Positions 27,701 to 29,721 of a stretch of 29,721 nucleotides of DNA are shown piece by piece. Numbering within the stretch: the stretch's first letter is position 1; each line of letters opens with the position of its first letter. The stretch is from IMG/VR virus record IMGVR_UViG_3300006790_000080, positions 1 to 29,721 of that record; one strand, 5' to 3'. Made by a program: the position numbers and the translations under genes. The stretch is from a virus. Taxonomy: Duplodnaviria > Caudoviricetes. The notes under the pieces are model-generated. The model made no database searches and was not told the DNA's origin. It saw only the letters and a list, made by a program, of their open reading frames with translations.

Positions 27701-28455
27701 TTGGTTCTTGGCAACCACCGGCATCATTGACGGGTATTGGTGGTATGTTAAGAAGCTGCAACGCCATGACAAACATAGACCTAGGAGATTGGGATGTTTC
27801 TAACTGCACTTCATTTGTCGATCTTTTTTCTGGATCGGCTTGGAATAATCACCCAAGATTAGCTGGCAACGGGTCTTGGTTAAGCGATTGGGATAACATG
27901 ACGGCTCAGGTTACGAACTTCAGCTATATGTTTAATAACAATTGGTATAACACAAATCTAGCTGTTGAAAATTGGAATGTTGGCAGTGGCATTTACTTCT
28001 ACAATATGTTTTATAATTCTCAATTTAATAATGATATTTCTAATTGGGACACTAGCTCTGCTACTACAATGAGTAGAATGTTTTACTACAACTGGAATTT
28101 TAATAGAGATATATCTTCTTGGGATGTGAGCAAAGTTCAAGATTTTAATAGTATGTTTTTTGGCACTAGAGTTTTTGATCAGGATTTAAGCGATTGGGAC
28201 TTCAGTGGCTTGACGAACACTTGGGGCTTAACGGGGTTTAAGAAGCGGTACACCGGCTGGAGCGGTCAAAACTATGGAACTACCAATTATTCAAACCTAT
28301 TAAACAAGTGGTATTTACAAGCATCTAGCGGTCAGATTCCAGAAGGAATGACAGGTGTGGAGGTTTACGGTTATTACAATAGTGGAGCAGCTTCTGCTCG
28401 TAATTCCCTTGTTAACGATTACGGATGGACAATTATAGATAGAGGTCAGGCATAA
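24736..28455 (+). CDS. LamG + PKD-like + DUF285/BspA-type repeat surface protein
   Basis: N-terminal LamG (FTICAWVKP, WHYVVATW, VYVNG); IDWGDG...THEY.TSG.YTISI.G PKD-like module; many FNQ(D/N)(I/L)S.WDVS....M..MF repeats; C-terminal NYSNLL..W...AR..L....GWTI.D.G cap typical of DUF285 proteins. Confidence 0.85.
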   Translation: MGVTSGPKIEDDGLIYCMDPANPRSFSGSGSVAEDIVKKIVGKSKRRASKHGNSAFTRSRGRGVFTMDGSDDYLSIPDSDELSGLSSFTICAWVKPTNNKNFWIISKGIGGSSGNREFALKLNHSGYPEAIIVDESADSTVNATSRRPINNNEWHYVVATWSGSHLKVYVNGGLSGPPTPTSLSIENLSSDIYIGRSFGSSTSDFANGYIGTIHIYNTTLSDESIKNNYVNGRARFPANTRGERPKPVSNADKLIFDCVTDSSDGSPKISLDLFSHLIQDQDVISDAIYAYDFTRKNTKTGGPHEFIIDWGDGTIERISKPSGDTYYLVATYSSVNTRYNTPERFITHEYSTSGIYTISIDGQIQDFKLGGLNYQMSTTDYAKRSPGGVGIIRIHNWGPLVISDEYQIFGGHKHINSPYANITGVPEHPAINGATLAVPTDSFPKISGGVFEIFAHTDFDQSIDQWDWTQVDRLDGLFSLSRYSKPFLSDTSHVKSFNGMYKGCTGTGIYVSGMDVSNMVSGVGMFAQSNINVSGLTIPPSADTSWLFDSCTGRNPSISAMNVSGVTDMKGWFAGYGDFQEDISDWDVSNVTGIHGMFYDCGFSGDLSSWNTSNFVDISDAFKSWFGRRGSGGDSVNLTFNISGWDLSKVEDISRLFYANSIYSHSADFLVRSGVKKIGSLLDSDYIYYRASYGYPWFGKSMPVHLDSWDTCTVEDMTGLFYGVDTSYSSLSGTTNGLVGPSVKNISRMFSRFSCTNLTHNFASWDVSSVENMNSLFDSTNSNAITTSDFHGISGWNTSSLQNATNIFYNSTQFNSNISNWNLSGVTVATGVFAFCTSFNQPLPTFPTGVDLQGLLRGCTSFNQDMSHQSFNGVNMYLMLNNCNSMSATNIHSINPSGGINRYSWIPTTYNSMPPDLWVTGQYDLERLFAGCSSFNQNISSWDVSHITDMGYMFQNCSSFNQDLSSWDVSSCKNFTSMFSYCSAINFNIGSWQPPASLTGIGGMLRSCNAMTNIDLGDWDVSNCTSFVDLFSGSAWNNHPRLAGNGSWLSDWDNMTAQVTNFSYMFNNNWYNTNLAVENWNVGSGIYFYNMFYNSQFNNDISNWDTSSATTMSRMFYYNWNFNRDISSWDVSKVQDFNSMFFGTRVFDQDLSDWDFSGLTNTWGLTGFKKRYTGWSGQNYGTTNYSNLLNKWYLQASSGQIPEGMTGVEVYGYYNSGAASARNSLVNDYGWTIIDRGQA

Positions 28456-29135
28456 TGAAACAAATAAAAAACCCACAAAATAAAACTTACTACTTTATTA
28501 AATCTCCCGTTGATAACACTCTTCAAGAAGGGTGGGTAGATTCCGAAATGGTCTTATCAACTCCAGATTACAATATTATTCACCAAAATGAAAATAGACT
28601 AAATGTTATTCCTAATATGGAAGCAGAGATTGGCCCACAGACGGCTTTTAATGATTTACTGACTTTAGACGAAGAAAATGGTGTATATTGTTGGGGGAGG
28701 GGTTTTTGTGAACATGAAACCTTCTTTATTTTTGCGGATCAGTCTGTAGCAGAACCTCTTTCGCGAGCGCTATATTCTGTTGTGAATCCGGGACAAGAGG
28801 GTATGTATGCTAGAGTTTACCACCACCCGAATGGTGAGGCAGAGTACAGTGTTATGGAATTCAGAGAGCAAGATGTGATTCCTATTTCTCTAGGTGCTGA
28901 CGCCACGCCTATAGCAGAAGCGTTAGCAATTACAGTTGAAGAGGGCGCGCTCACCCAAGAAGAGGTTGACGGTATAGTTGGAGCAATTTCAACCTATGCT
29001 GGACAAGAAGTTAGATTAAAAGATTTTATCCCTGCTTCGTGGGCAGACAAACAGATAGATAAGCATATGGCTATGGATATGGGTTACAATGTCCAAAATT
29101 CGCCAACATATAACCCAAATAATTTACCGGAGTAA
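28455..29135 (+). CDS. Hypothetical protein
   Basis: 226-aa ORF coupled to the upstream gene by TAATG; no motif recognised. Confidence 0.6.
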   Translation: MKQIKNPQNKTYYFIKSPVDNTLQEGWVDSEMVLSTPDYNIIHQNENRLNVIPNMEAEIGPQTAFNDLLTLDEENGVYCWGRGFCEHETFFIFADQSVAEPLSRALYSVVNPGQEGMYARVYHHPNGEAEYSVMEFREQDVIPISLGADATPIAEALAITVEEGALTQEEVDGIVGAISTYAGQEVRLKDFIPASWADKQIDKHMAMDMGYNVQNSPTYNPNNLPE

Positions 29136-29138
29136 AAA

Positions 29139-29721
29139 ATGGCACAAGATATTAAAATAACACCAGCAACCAACGACCCTCAAATATTGTTTCGTGGTAG
29201 TGGTACGACAGATACCGCCGTGGAACTAAACGTAATGTCTAGCTATCAAAGCGCGACAGGATCTGGAACCGCATTACTGTTTGAGGGTCAGGAGGGGCTG
29301 TTATTTGGTGTTACGGATAATCTCTCTAGTGGGACTATATTTTCTGTTTCAGATATTACGGGCCTTCCGTCTATAGTAGTAAACGCCAGCGGCGAAGTAA
29401 AATTAGCAGAATATGGAACTAATGTTACTATCTTCACTGGTCTTAAAACCCCTATAGAAAGTAATACAGACGGGGCAACTGTTACATTTGATTTAGATTC
29501 TTCTAGCACTCATACGGTAACTTTGGGCGGCAACAGAACGCTGGCGCTTTCAAATTCCGACGCGGGACAGAAGTTTATCATTAGATTGGTTCAAGACGGC
29601 ACCGGCAGCAGGACCGTGACTTGGTTTAGTACAATCAAGTGGCCGGGAGGCGTAACCCCAACCCTCACCACTACTGCTAATAAAACAGATGTATTTGGAT
29701 TTATTTGTACATCTGCTGGAA
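29139..29721 (+). CDS. Fibre-like virion protein, truncated by the window end (absent from the ORF track)
   Basis: ATG 29139 opens MAQDIKITPATNDPQILFRGSG... with FEG..G.LF.VTD.LS.GTIFSV.DI.GLP and TLGGNRTL..SN...GQ..IIRLVQDGTGSRTVTW...IKWPGG..PTLTT, open to the last base. Confidence 0.78.
   Translation, partial: MAQDIKITPATNDPQILFRGSGTTDTAVELNVMSSYQSATGSGTALLFEGQEGLLFGVTDNLSSGTIFSVSDITGLPSIVVNASGEVKLAEYGTNVTIFTGLKTPIESNTDGATVTFDLDSSSTHTVTLGGNRTLALSNSDAGQKFIIRLVQDGTGSRTVTWFSTIKWPGGVTPTLTTTANKTDVFGFICTSAG

Noticed and set aside
579-29509. Minus-strand and alternative-frame short ORFs in the ORF track
   Set aside because: All lie wholly or largely within well-supported + strand genes and show no recognisable motifs; they are treated as shadow ORFs.
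1-29721. tRNA, rRNA, integrase or IS elements
   Set aside because: Intergenic gaps are at most about 130 nt and are explained by terminator, promoter and SD elements; no cloverleaf, recombinase or transposase motifs were seen.

Overview
A 29.7 kb stretch of a large tailed dsDNA phage genome (Caudoviricetes-like), densely coding and entirely on the + strand, in the standard genetic code. It runs: ERCC4-type nuclease, ClpP-family protease, terminase large subunit, portal, prohead protease/scaffold (with a likely nested scaffold start), head decoration protein, major capsid protein and a terminator. About 21 kb of fibre, adhesin and lectin-like virion genes follow (fibre repeats, RCC1 plus dockerin, LamG x3, PKD plus DUF285/BspA). 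An exact 9-mer, GTGTATAAT, precedes five structural gene blocks and is the probable late promoter. The most notable signal is a candidate phage-encoded protein O-glycosylation system. A glycosyltransferase with the motif set of polypeptide GalNAc-transferases (DxH, FGGE, HxFxR) sits among virion proteins in which Ser-Gly dipeptides are strongly and selectively enriched (about 70 in one 1312-aa fibre, often at 7/11-residue spacing). A Planctomycete-style dockerin hints at the host. All family calls come from reading motifs by eye, without database searches, and all counts are manual.
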